From assembly GCA_020891255.1 (NCBI GenBank), contig BQFW01000015.1:372001-436000 (forward strand): 64,000 nucleotides of DNA, written 5' to 3'. Position 1 is the first letter of the stretch. Each line of letters opens with the position of its first letter. Under the pieces are notes generated by a model. It had not been told where the DNA came from and made no database searches. It worked only from the letters and a program-made list of their open reading frames with translations. Origin of the DNA: Entomortierella parvispora E1425 (Eukaryota; Fungi; Mortierellomycota). A program made the translations under genes and the position numbers. Below, piece by piece: positions 50,579-61,925 of this stretch.

Positions 50579-51908
50579 CTATTCTTGGAACATCAGAGCA
50601 GCAATCTCTGGGTTCAATTTGCGATCGTCATTGCCGTCAGTGGCGTTTGACAGTTGAACGATCGCTTCCCAGGTCCACACAAATTCAGTTTCAGGAGTTT
50701 TGAACAACACCGTATCTTCCGCACTTTGATCTTTCAATTGCTGTCTGTTGTCTAACCCCCCCTTGACTAGTTCGTGGTCCACAGCGCGGGTCACGTTCAG
50801 GATTTCACAGTTCTTTCCCCAGGTGGGTATCAAGGGTACCATGGGTGCCGCGTGGGAGTGCATTGACTGAAGGAGTAATCGTGCGCGGTAGTGGATATAA
50901 TAGAGCGAAATTGCAGTGGTTGCAGAAGACCGGTCCATGTGGTTGTCGCTCCCACGCTCCCCCATCTCGTCCTTCAACTGGGCCACAGTGATGTGGGGGA
51001 CACCTTCACAGGTCAAGAGGGATCTGACCTGCTCCCTCAGAGCCTTGGTCTGTTGAACAAACCCACTCTCTTCCAGTTCCTGTCGCACAGGGTCTGGTGC
51101 AAATCTTAGCACGTATGGGAAGACAGCCATCGTCTTTTCCAACAGTCGAAGGCGAAACTTGAGCAGAAGCTGAGGCTCGTTCTCCTCTGTCCACGATCTC
51201 ATTCGAGTATTCGATTGCCTGTTAAAACCCCGGATCCGTTCTTCAAGCTCCTTTTCTCTAGGGGAAAGATATAAGGCCGGGTTTCTTCTCTGTTCCTCTT
51301 CTTCGTCTTCGTCTCTCTTCTTTTCTTCTTGAAGCTCCTCTTCAGTCAATTCGACAGAATAGTGATAGTCATCGGCCATTTTCAAGCTCGGGGTCAGCGG
51401 CGCAAGGACGGGGTCCATGAAATCGAACGATTCCTTGGCCTGGAGTCGGTCATGGACAGAATCTCGAATGTTGTCGAGGAGGTCGAGCGTGGATCCAAGG
51501 ACACCAGTGCAATGAGCGGAGACCATTTTTTCCGAAAACTGACGGAACGCGACCCTTTCCTGTTGCCAGATTTCTTCCTGCTTGTCCTTTTGTTCAGGAC
51601 AACGGTGACTTGGGTCAACCCATCTTGATTGGACAGGACCTGTCAATGCGTCCACGCCTACATGAAAGGGAGGGAAGAGTCAATGAAGTGAGTTCATAAG
51701 CGCTACAGGCCCCGCTGTATCCATTTCATTTGAAACGAAAATGTCGAGATGAAGAGAGATAACGTCGGGTGGGATATGTAGTTCAATGGGGCTACAAACC
51801 TGAATCGTCAGCAACATCCAGGCTTGGATAAACTATCAATGTAAGGACAGCAGTTGCACAAAGGATAGCCAGCGAGATGTGCAAAACTGGATTTTGGAAG
51901 GGTGCCAT
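50579..51908 (-). CDS. Secreted array protein copy C
   Basis: Exon 1 MAPFQNPVLHISLAILCATAVLTLIVYPSLDVADDS G|gtttgt; acceptor catgtag|GC GTG gives G-VDALTGP; 358 aa open exon ending LMFQE*. Confidence 0.85.
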
Positions 51909-53272
51909 TGCTTAAAGATCAGACAAGATGAATTGAAAGGGAAGTACGAGGTTAGAAGAAAAGAAGAAAAAAAAAAGCGATGACAATGACTTGCATGGAG
52001 TTCTCCCATGAATGCTGGCAAATGGGCGTTTACGATCTCTCCATCTGCTGTGTTCTCTTTGAGTTGCACAGGCTCATTTCTACCATAGAACAAAACTGGG
52101 GCATGGCTCTCAAATCGATGCGAAGTCAAAAGCACAGGCAGTGCGAGGAAGGACAACTTTGGCTGGGAATACGGTCGCCGGGTAAGATGCCTGCTACTCG
52201 GAATTCAGTGAGCCAATCTAGCGGCTCAAACGGTCTGCGATTGAAACTGCTCCTCAACAAGTCAAGATATCGGCTGTCACTAACAACGATTTGGCCTTCA
52301 AGTAGCGGAGAACAACCCTTCAAGGTACCAAGGATCACTTCAATGATCTCGGAGTTGGTTTGCCCTTTGTGTAACATGAACTTGTGGAAAGGAAAAAAAA
52401 AGCCCAATCAAAAAAAGTGTTCCTCTGAATCTCGATCGAAGGAAGTGGGCTGTAGTGCACTTCGCATCTGGGATTGCTTGATGCCCTTGCCCTGATGGTC
52501 CATCGCAAAAGCTGATGGCTTCTTGTCGTTGTGGGTGTTTTCCAAAGGAAGAGGACTCAATTTTGGAGTCGATTTCCACTTTTCACTCAGGAAGAGAGCG
52601 GAACACAGGGTAAACAGACATTCATCGATGATCATGTACTCCTCGCGCTTGACAACTACCCTTTGATTATAATGAGGCGATTGCAGTGCAGGGTGACAGG
52701 CCTGTTGTGAGACGATTCTCCGAGCAAGATCTCTCGCGTGTTTTTATTGCCCTCTGATCTTCCGCCACCTTTCCTCTCCCTCTCATCTCTTTCACTGCCT
52801 CTTCTCTTCTTGGCCTCCCTCATCTTCACTGCTTCTCCTTTCATTGAATTCAATGCCTAGAAATAGAGCTAGTACGGGTGCTACCCTTTTCCAGGTCAAT
52901 GCTCTGTCACCTGTTCTCTGTTTGGCAGCGCTGACGAACAGGGGACAGCTGTTCATGTCGCAAACTGGCTGTACATGTACAACCTTCTGATTTTTGATCC
53001 AGTCTTCAGTGATGCCTTCTGTTTGATTAAATTTGACGCAGGAAAACTGTAGGTCTTTTCTGACCGCGTCATTGTTGCAGGTCTGGTAGTCTGGGAATGC
53101 ACGCTGGGAAGGTATTTAATTAAACTGGCAAACAAATGCCCCAGAAGCTTGACCCTGCAAGAAGGGTTACTGAGAAACGACAAAACTCAAGAAATCGACC
53201 GACATTTTTTTTTACTTCTCACTAAAATAGAATAGGTGCAAAGAGCTATGCGCAAGTTCACTAGCCGATTGT

Positions 53273-54585
53273 TTACTGGAACAATACGGCAGCAAGCTCC
53301 GGATTATCCAGGTAGCCATGTCGAGTGGCCTTCCAAAGTTGCACGATGGCCTCCCAAGTCCACTCAAACTTGACGTCGGGAGTCGCGAACAACAACGTAT
53401 CTTCTTCCTTCTGGACCTTCAATTGCTGTTTATCCTCCAGTCGCTTTTCGGCTGACACACGGTCGACCACCTGAGTGATGTTCCGAGGCCGGGCAGCAGG
53501 CCGCATAGATCCCATACGAGAGTTCATCTCATGATTGAGTAATCTAGAGTAGTAATCAGAGGCAAAGTCTTCGGTGGCCCTTCGTGCCGCCTCCCGATCG
53601 ATGAAGTTGTCGCTATCATATCTTCCCAGCTCTTCGTCCAGTTGAGCCAGAGTTACGTGCGAGGCACCTTCACAGGTCAAGAGAGACCTTGCCTCCTCCC
53701 GCAGGACTTTGGTACGTTGAATGAACCCACTCTCTTCCAGCTCTTGACGGACGGGGTCCGATGCAAAGCGAAGGAGATATGGGATGAGGGCCATATTCTT
53801 TTCCAATAAGCGAAGACGATACTTGAATAAAAGCCAAGGCTCGCTCTTCTCTGTCCAATATATAGGACGAGTGTACGACATCCCGCTTTCTCGCAGGTCT
53901 GCAGTTCCATTCAACGGAGATGCAGGTGAAGAGGGAAAGGGACCTCTTACCTCTTTCATCTCTTCCTCCTTGGACCGTCTCTTTTCCTCCTCAATCTCCT
54001 CTTCAGTCATTTTCACTCTTAGGTAGAAAGTATCCATCAAGCTAAATGGCCATTGAAGGTGGCCAATGATAGGTTCCAGGAGATCATTTGATTCCTTGAC
54101 CAGCAGACGATCGTGTACATGGTCTCGAACAAAATCGAGATGGTCGAGGGTGGGTCCCAGGAGGTCGAAGCAATGGCTAGAAACTGCCTTTTCCGAGAAT
54201 TGACGGAACGCCGCCCTTTCTCGCTGCCATCTTCGCTCTCTGTAGTCCTTCGAGGAAGACCGGCCGCGACTTGGATCAAGCCATCTCGATGGAAGAGGGC
54301 CTGTCTTTGCCTCCAAGTCTATATGAAATACGTAAGGGAGGAGAGAAAATGGATTTGTTAAGACCATGCAGTGATCGCTTTCAATCAATTCAGGGCAGGG
54401 GCAGTTGGGGAGGGGTTTGGGGCAGGAAGTTCAATTGACCACTCACCAGAGTTGTCAAGAGTAAAAAGTAAACCTGGTACCGGTGTGGGGACTGATGCAT
54501 CCCCCACTGGTGTCGGAACGGGGTTTGCAGTTGCGAAAATGACTCCCAGCGAAAGGAGCAGCACTGTATTCTTGAGAAGTGTCAT
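53273..54585 (-). CDS. Secreted array protein copy D
   Basis: Exon 1 MTLLKNTVLLLSLGVIFATANPVPTPVGDASVPTPVP G|gtttac; acceptor catatag|AC TTG gives D-LEAKTGP; ends AVLFQ*. Confidence 0.85.
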
Positions 54586-55236
54586 CACGAGCGGGGACAC
54601 TTTTTTTTTGTCTGTAGTAAACGTTGAATGAAGCGAAATGGAGAGGAGAGGATGGAGCAATGACAATGGTCAGCAGCATGTCCTCTTCCATTCTCGCTCG
54701 CCAATGGGGGTAAACCCGTCCCCAAATGCCGCGCCCTTTTGCTCAAAGTTCAGCCCTCATTGTTGACACGACAAAGACACGGTTAAATTGCCACCATTGC
54801 GTGTATGCAACAGAAAAGACAAAGGATTTGAGCGCACCAAGCGACCAGTCATGTTCGCAATGGCGTCATCTTTTCTTTGTGCTGTACGAACTGCGGGATG
54901 CAACAAAGAAACAAAAATGTCGGTCAGTCGAAGCCGATAGAACTACTGCGACCGATGGGCCAAATATCAAAAAAACCCAAATAGCCATAGAAGCGTGAAA
55001 AAAAAGGCGTCTTTGAACCTGTGTCGCCAAGAGTAGGAAGTGAAAATGTTGGCTCTGCCTCAGGAGTAAGGACTGCGGTGCGAAGAGTAGTCAGTTAGGT
55101 CAATAACGCGCTTATGATCAAAAAGAGAACTTCCGCCTTTATTTTTTTATTTTTTTATAACAAGGCCATAAAGACCTCGTACTATACGATGTTGGTGCAA
55201 GGATCCTCGGGTGAGTGGGCAGTTTGGGGATTTGAA

Positions 55237-56553
55237 TTACTCCTTGAACAAGAGGGCAATCACCTCTGGCTTCATACGGTAATCATTCTCGTGTCCAGTA
55301 GCCTTCCACAGTCGCACGATCGCCTCCCAAGTCCACGCAAACTGGACTTCAGGAGTTTTGAACACCACTTGACCTTCCACGTCCTGATCCTTCAATTGCT
55401 GTTTATCGTCCGACATGTTCTTGGCGGGCGCGAGGTCCTCAGTGCAGGTCGTGTTACTGAGTTCACAGCTCTCTTCCCAAGAATATGGCCTGGATGCCCG
55501 GCTAAAAGTCGAAACCTCCATGAACAATCGCAAGTGGTAATCGCTGTGGAAAATGTTAATCGACTGGCTTGCAGCAGACCGATCCATGAACCTGTCACTC
55601 TCGAAATCTCCATCGTACGCGTCCTTCAGTTGAGCCACAGTGACGTGCTGTACGCCCTCACAGGTCAAGAGAGACCTCACCTCCTCCTGTAAGGCCCCAG
55701 TCTTTTGAACGAACCCACTCTCCTCCAGCTCTTGTCGAACGGGATCGGGTGCTAGCCCGAGAACAAACGGGAAAACAGCCATCATCTTCTCCAAGTGTCG
55801 GAGGCGATACCGGAGCAACAGCTGAGGTTCATTCTCCTCCGTCCACGATACTGAACGAGTTCTGGATTGCCTCTCAAAATTCCAGATCATCTCTCGATAT
55901 TTCTTTTCTTCTGGGGAAAGAGACGGGAATGAGGTTCTTCTCTCCTCCTCTTGTTCTTCTTTGTCCTTTCTCCTCTTTTCTTCAAGCTCCTCATCGGACA
56001 GTTCCTCCTCAAAGTTGAACTCTTCGTTCATACGCAAAGGACCTTTCAGCGTTGCGAGGACGGGCTCCAGAAGATCGAACGATTCCTTGACCTCTAGGTG
56101 GTCGTGCACAAAGTCTCGAACACTGTCCAGGAGGTCGAGGGTGGATCCCAGGACACTGGAGCAATGAGTGGAGACGACCCTTTCCGAAAATTGACGGAAC
56201 GCGACTCTTTCTTGTTGCCATTCTCGTTCCTCTCTCTCTTTCCATTCAGGAGGGAGAAGGCCTCGGTCTCTCCAGTTTGAACTGATAGGACCTGTTAATG
56301 CCTCCATGTCTACGGGGGATAGAAAGAAGTAGAGGAAAAGTTAATTAGGTACATTCCATGTTCCTTGCCATTCCCAAAAAAAAGTCAAGGTATGAGGAAA
56401 TAAAACTTGGATATGATATTCATTTGGCCACGAACCTGCCTCGGAGATAAATTTTGGAACCACTGGATCTACCACAGGCGTGGGGGCAGCGGTTGCAGTT
56501 GTGCAAAGGATTGCCAACGAGATGAGCAGAACCGGATTCTTGAGGAGTGTCAT
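55237..56553 (-). CDS. Secreted array protein copy E
   Basis: Exon 1 MTLLKNPVLLISLAILCTTATAAPTPVVDPVVPKFISEA G|gttcgt; acceptor ccgtag|AC ATG gives D-MEALTGP; ends LLFKE*. Confidence 0.87.
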
Positions 56554-57462
56554 TGTGTCTGTTTTAGATGCTGCGGGTAAGTGGGAATGGAGTGAAATGT
56601 GTCCAGGTAAAGAAGAATAGAAAAGTCATGAGTCCCAGAGCAGCGGAACGCTCTATTTATATGTCCTTTGACCAAACTGCTGGGGGCTGGGTATAACTCT
56701 CGAACAAAATTTCAAGAGCCACTGTGCAACAATCCTCGGTGTACCTTTTTTTTTTTTTTTTTTTTTTGAGGAATCCAACAACCCAAGAGCCACGCAACAG
56801 CCTGCCTCCTTTCTTCGAGTCCAAGAGAATCACTTTCTTGATTCTTTGAGTTGATTGACCCTTCTTCGTTTTTGTTTAACTTGACTCTCGCTGGAAAGCA
56901 GAAAAAAGCAGATTTCCAGAGAGAATCAAAAAGTGATTCTCTTGGGCAGGAGGGCGGCTAATATGTCACAGTCGACCCGGAAGAGGATCCAATTCAGGGG
57001 CATGCAGTCTGTGAAAAATATCGATTGTCCAGGATTCCAAATGAGAATTGGCGCTCACCAACCATCTCTTTATCTGCTTTGCCTTCTGAAGGTCCTTTAT
57101 CGTTGCACAAAAGTCGAGGAAGAGAAAAACGGTCGTCTGTGAGGCACCTGCATGCATCAGGTTTAATTCATGACACGACAATTCCCAAACTTGTACAGTT
57201 AAATGCAAATGAGCTTCAAAAATTAGCAAGCAACATAACTGGAAGAAGGATTTGGGAACACATGTGACTCTGGAACGAATGGCCCGAGAAAGGTAGTCCA
57301 AGCATGCTAGTGAGCAGGTTGCAGAGGGCACAATGCTGATGAGGTCAGAACTTGCACTTTGCACAGTCTGATATGACGAAGTCCAAAAAAAAAAATAACT
57401 CTGAATCAGGTACAGCCTTGAGTATTTCGAGGCAGGGAGCAATAGGCAGGATCGCTAGTCTT

Positions 57463-58080
57463 CTAGTTATCAAACAACACTGCAGCACGTTCTGGGTTCT
57501 CTTGGTAACCATCTCGAGTAGCCTTCCACAATAAAAGGATCGCCTCCCAGGTCCACTCAAACTTGACGTCGGGGGTCTCAAACAACAATGCATCCTCTTC
57601 CACCTGGACCTTCAACTGGTATCTATCTTCCAAGGGCTTCGTGTCTGATATACGGTCGGCTATCCGAGTGAAGTTCCGGGGTCCCACAGCGGGCTGGATA
57701 GATATCATGCGAAAGTTCTTCTCATGATTGAACAATCTTAAATAATACTCGTTTGAAAACCCCTCAGTAGCTCTTCGAGCCGCCTTCTGGTTCATGAAGC
57801 TGTCGCTCTCATGCCCTCCTAACTCGTCCTTCAGCTGTGCCAAAGTGAGGTGCGAGGCACCCTCACAGCTCAGAAGCAACTGTGTCACTCCCCCGCAAGG
57901 CCTCGGTTTGCTGCACAAACCCACTCTTCCCCAACTCATGTCAGACAGCATCCGGTGCGAATCGGAGCACATACGGGAACATAGCCATATTTTTCTCCAA
58001 CAACCAAAGTTGGTACTTGAACGACAGCTCAGGGCGTGTCTTCTCTGTCCATTTTCTCATACGAGTATGAGACCTGCTCC
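57463..58080 (-). pseudogene. Secreted array protein copy F, 5'-truncated with an internal stop and a frameshift
   Basis: RMRKWTEKTRPELSFKYQLWLLEKNMAMFPYVLRFAPDAV*HELGKSGFVQQT, a shift at ~57895, then LLSCEG...FEWTWEAILLLWKAT...AVLFDN*. Confidence 0.82.
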
Positions 58081-58397
58081 TCGAAGGTATGATATCGTTT
58101 CCAGAGGGTTGCTTGAGCAGCAGTTACGACACATGTTCTGCAAAAGGCATGAACCCAACTGGGTCGGGTGGTTGCTCGACGGGTACTTGGACCTGCTTGT
58201 ATGAAAATGATGGCGACCTACCCGCTTTCACCAATCAAATTAATGGCTGCATGGTTAATAAGGATGGCTGCAAGCAATTTCCTAAGACTGAATAACTCAG
58301 TGCTTCTCTCGGCAAGGACGCATTTGTGTTGCCGTCTTTTTTTTTTTTTTTTTTTTTTTCCTGATCTATCGAAATTCAGCCTTACTTTAATCAAGTT

Positions 58398-59764
58398 TCA
58401 ATGCTGGAACAACGCGACAGCAACCTCTGAGCTCTCCTTGTAACCTTGTCGAGTGGCCCTCCACAGCCTCACAACTGCTTCTGCTGTCCATATATACTTG
58501 ATTTCAGGTGAAAAAGGCTGGTTTTCTTCTACCTGATCTATTTTTTGCCTACTATCTTGCCTAGCCCACTGAAACTTGATATCCGGTGCTGACAACCCAG
58601 CCAATGTGTTCTTCAATTGCTCTATTCCTTCTCGATAACCGACCGACCAGCGACTCTCCACTTGAGTAGTGTTCACAGTCTTCTGAAATATAGACACTGC
58701 ATGCTCATCGGGCATGCGGGCACCCATCCGTTGAAAGAGTAACCGAGTGTGGAAGCTACGGGAAAAGTCGTCCATAGCCTTGCGCGCCGCATTGTGATCC
58801 ATGAAATCGTCGGTCTCACGCCCTCCTAGCTCATCTTTCAACGTCGCCATGGTTACATGTGTAACACCCTCGCAAGTCAAGAGGGACCTCACGTTTGTTC
58901 GCAAGTTCTTTGTTTGCTGGACGAACCCTCTCTCTTCCAGTTCTTGTCGGACTGGATCCGGTACAAACTCGAGCACGTACTGAAAGGCTGCTAGCCTTTT
59001 TTCCACGTTGCGCAGACGGTACTTGAACAAGAGTTGAGGCTCCTTCTCCTCCGTCCACGATGTCAAAAGTCGTTTCGATTCCAATTCATGTAGCCGAAGT
59101 GCTCTTTGGCGCGTTCTTTCCACCGTAGAAAGCGATGGGGTTTTTTCTTCCTCCTTCTCTTCCTCCTCGACCATTTTCTTCTCTTGTTCAATTTCCTCTG
59201 GAGTCAGTTCTACGTAATAGTAAAAGGTCTCGGTCATATCCAGCGAATTGGTAAGGGCGTCTAGGACAGGATTCAAAAGCAGGAAGGCTTCCCTGGTCTC
59301 CCTGCTGTCGCGAATAGCTTTCCCAACTTTGTCGAGGCCATCAAGGGTGGGCTGTAGGATGCTGGCGCAACGGGCAGAGACCACTCGTTCTGAAAAAGGT
59401 CGGAATGCCTCTCTTTTAAGTTGCAAGGCCCGTAGTTGCTCCTTGTCTTCAGAAGTTCGGAGATTTGGGTCAAACCACATAATCTTGAGAGGGCCAGTCA
59501 AGTCCCCCAGCAGGAAATCTACACAGCAGCCAGCAAAGAAGATGATAGCTCATGGGTGAGACTTGCTCTGAACCACAAAAATGGATCGTCAATGGTATTA
59601 CCTCCTGGGAACTCTGACTGTGCCCTAGGTTGGCGGAAAGCATTTTGGGTGGTCCAGTTGTGGACTGTGTGAAGCGACCTCAGGATCCACGCCCAGGAGA
59701 AGACTGCAGCCGCGCAGAGGAGCGCTAGCAAGACGATCAGAATTGATTTCCTCAAGAGAGACAT
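58398..59764 (-). CDS. Secreted array protein copy G (divergent, longer exon 1)
   Basis: Exon 1 MSLLRKSILIVLLALLCAAAVFS...QSEFPG G|gtaata; acceptor gtgtag|AT TTC gives D-FLLGDLTGP; ends ALFQH*. Confidence 0.82.
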
Positions 59765-60351
59765 CGTTTTTCAGGTCACTTGAATGGCGTCTTTGTTGTC
59801 GCGGGTGAATGAGGCAGATGAGAGGAGGAGGGGATGAATGATGAATAGCATTTAGTTTTGCTCATGCCTCCATGTTGCTTTGCCATTTCGTTTTAAAAGA
59901 GCGGTGTTGCACAAACAGCCCTCGATCACTAACGGTGCTCAATTGCTTAGCCCTTTCGACGACTCGATCGCAGAGACGACACAATGACGGAGGACACGTA
60001 GGAATAGAGCGTGTGAGAAGCTGCTACCGGCTCTTCAATTGCTGCCCGTCTTTCATAGGGACTAGAGACTTGAACAATACTGTTCTATTGAATTTGTCCA
60101 TGGACCTAGCTGCGTTGAAGTATCTTCAAAAAGCTGATGCACACCCAACAGCCGATCAGAAACGGACCATCTACACCCAACGCTGACCATCGAGTACAGC
60201 CGCTGTGGGAAGCAACCTTCCACTAGAGGCTGGGTCTCTTGACCTCACACCAAGCCAACGTTGTCTAACAATTGGTATAACAATGTGACTGATTTATTCA
60301 ATTCTGCTTCAAAGCATGGCCCTGAACATTGGACATGAGTAGATGATAGCT

Positions 60352-61696
60352 TCATGCTTCAGCTTCCTCTTGGAACATGAGGGCAGTTACTTCTGGATTC
60401 CTACGGCGACCGTGGCCGGTATCAGTGGCCTTCCACAGTCCCACGATCGCCTCCCAAGTCCACACAAACTGAACCTCAGGAGTTTTGAACAGCACTGGAT
60501 CTTCCACGACCTGATCCTTCAATTGCTGTCTATTATTTTCGGGCGTTCTCTCGGCCGACGTAGAGTTCACAGCGTGGGTCGTGTTCACGAGTCCACAGTT
60601 GTTTCCCCAACCATTTAGAGTGGGTGCTTTGCGAGAAACTGCGACCTCCCTAAATAATCGCATGCGATAATCTGTGTTGTAACTGTGCAAAGAATGCCTC
60701 GCGGCAGACCGATCCATGTATCTGTCGCTCTCATAGCCTTCCTGGCACTTGTCCTTCAGTTGAGCCACAGTGACGTGCTGTACGCCTTCACAGGTCAAGA
60801 GAGACCTCACCTCCTCCCGTAAGGCCCTGGTCTTCTGAACGAACCCACTCTCCTCCAGCTCTTGTCGAACGGGATCGGGTGCGAACTTGAGCACGTACGG
60901 AAAGACAGCCATCGTCTTTTCCAACCGTCGAAGGCGATACCGGAGCAAGAGCTCAGGTTTGTACTCCTCTGTCCACGATCTGGTACGAGTGTTGGATTCG
61001 CTGTTTCGACGCCACTTCCTTTCTCGATGTCTCTTTTTCCACTGGGGAAGCGTTGTGGACGGGTTTCTTCTCTCCTCCTCTTGTTCCTCTTTGTCCTTTT
61101 GCCTCTCCTCTTTAAGCTCCTCGTCGGTCAACTCGACTTCAAAGTGGAAATGATCATTCATCTTCAGAGGCCAGATCAACGCAGCAAGGACTGGTTCAAG
61201 AAGATTGAACGACTCTTCGACCTGGAGGCGGTCGTGGACGTAATCCCGGATGCTGTCAAGGAGGCCAAGAGTAGTTTCTAGGGTGCTCGTGCAGTGGCTG
61301 GAGACCACTTTTTCCGAGAATTGACGGAATGCGATCCTTTCCTTTTGCCTAGTCCGTTCCATCTCATCCCTTAGTTCAGGATTATGGCCACCCAGATCCA
61401 TCCATCCGGACCGGATTGGGCCCATCAATGTCTCCATGTCTACATGAAAATGGAGGTAAAAAAAAGTTGACAAGGCAGAGATGTTTAGGTGCTTTATCAT
61501 GCTCCATTGCAGGGCTGACAAAAGTTATAGGAACAAAGGGAAACATTTGGGTATGTGCTTCAAACGATCACGTACCGGAGTCGGAGATGTAGGTAGTTGA
61601 GGTCATTGGATTGATCACAGGTGTAGGAGCAGCAAGGGCGGCTGTGCAGAGGATCGCCAGCGAGAGGAGCATAGCTGGATTCTTGAGAGGGGCCAT
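60352..61696 (-). CDS. Secreted array protein copy H
   Basis: Exon 1 MAPLKNPAMLLSLAILCTAALAAPTPVINPMTSTTYISDS G|gtacgt; acceptor catgtag|AC ATG gives D-METLMGP; ends LMFQEEAEA*. Confidence 0.87.
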
Positions 61697-61925
61697 ATAT
61701 CTTGATTTTTTTTATTGTTGTGTCGTTGGGGAATGGAAGGGCAGGACAAGGTTCGAGGAGAACAATACCATGGCCCGCAAGGGATATATACCAATGTCCT
61801 AAACTACTGCGCCTCTGTTTTTCCAGAACTTGAACAAGAGCACGAGCCAAGAGCAGATGTATCAGCCCTCTGCTCTTTTTTTCTTTTAGAAAAATGAGAG
61901 CAGGGTAGATATGCTAGGCATCAAC

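Noticed and set aside
54385-54666. Small ORFs upstream of each array gene (also 56341-56553, 59519-59764, 46412-46663) read as independent secreted peptides or antitoxins
   Set aside because: Each has a phase-1 donor that splices in frame to the large downstream ORF. They are first exons read through into the intron.
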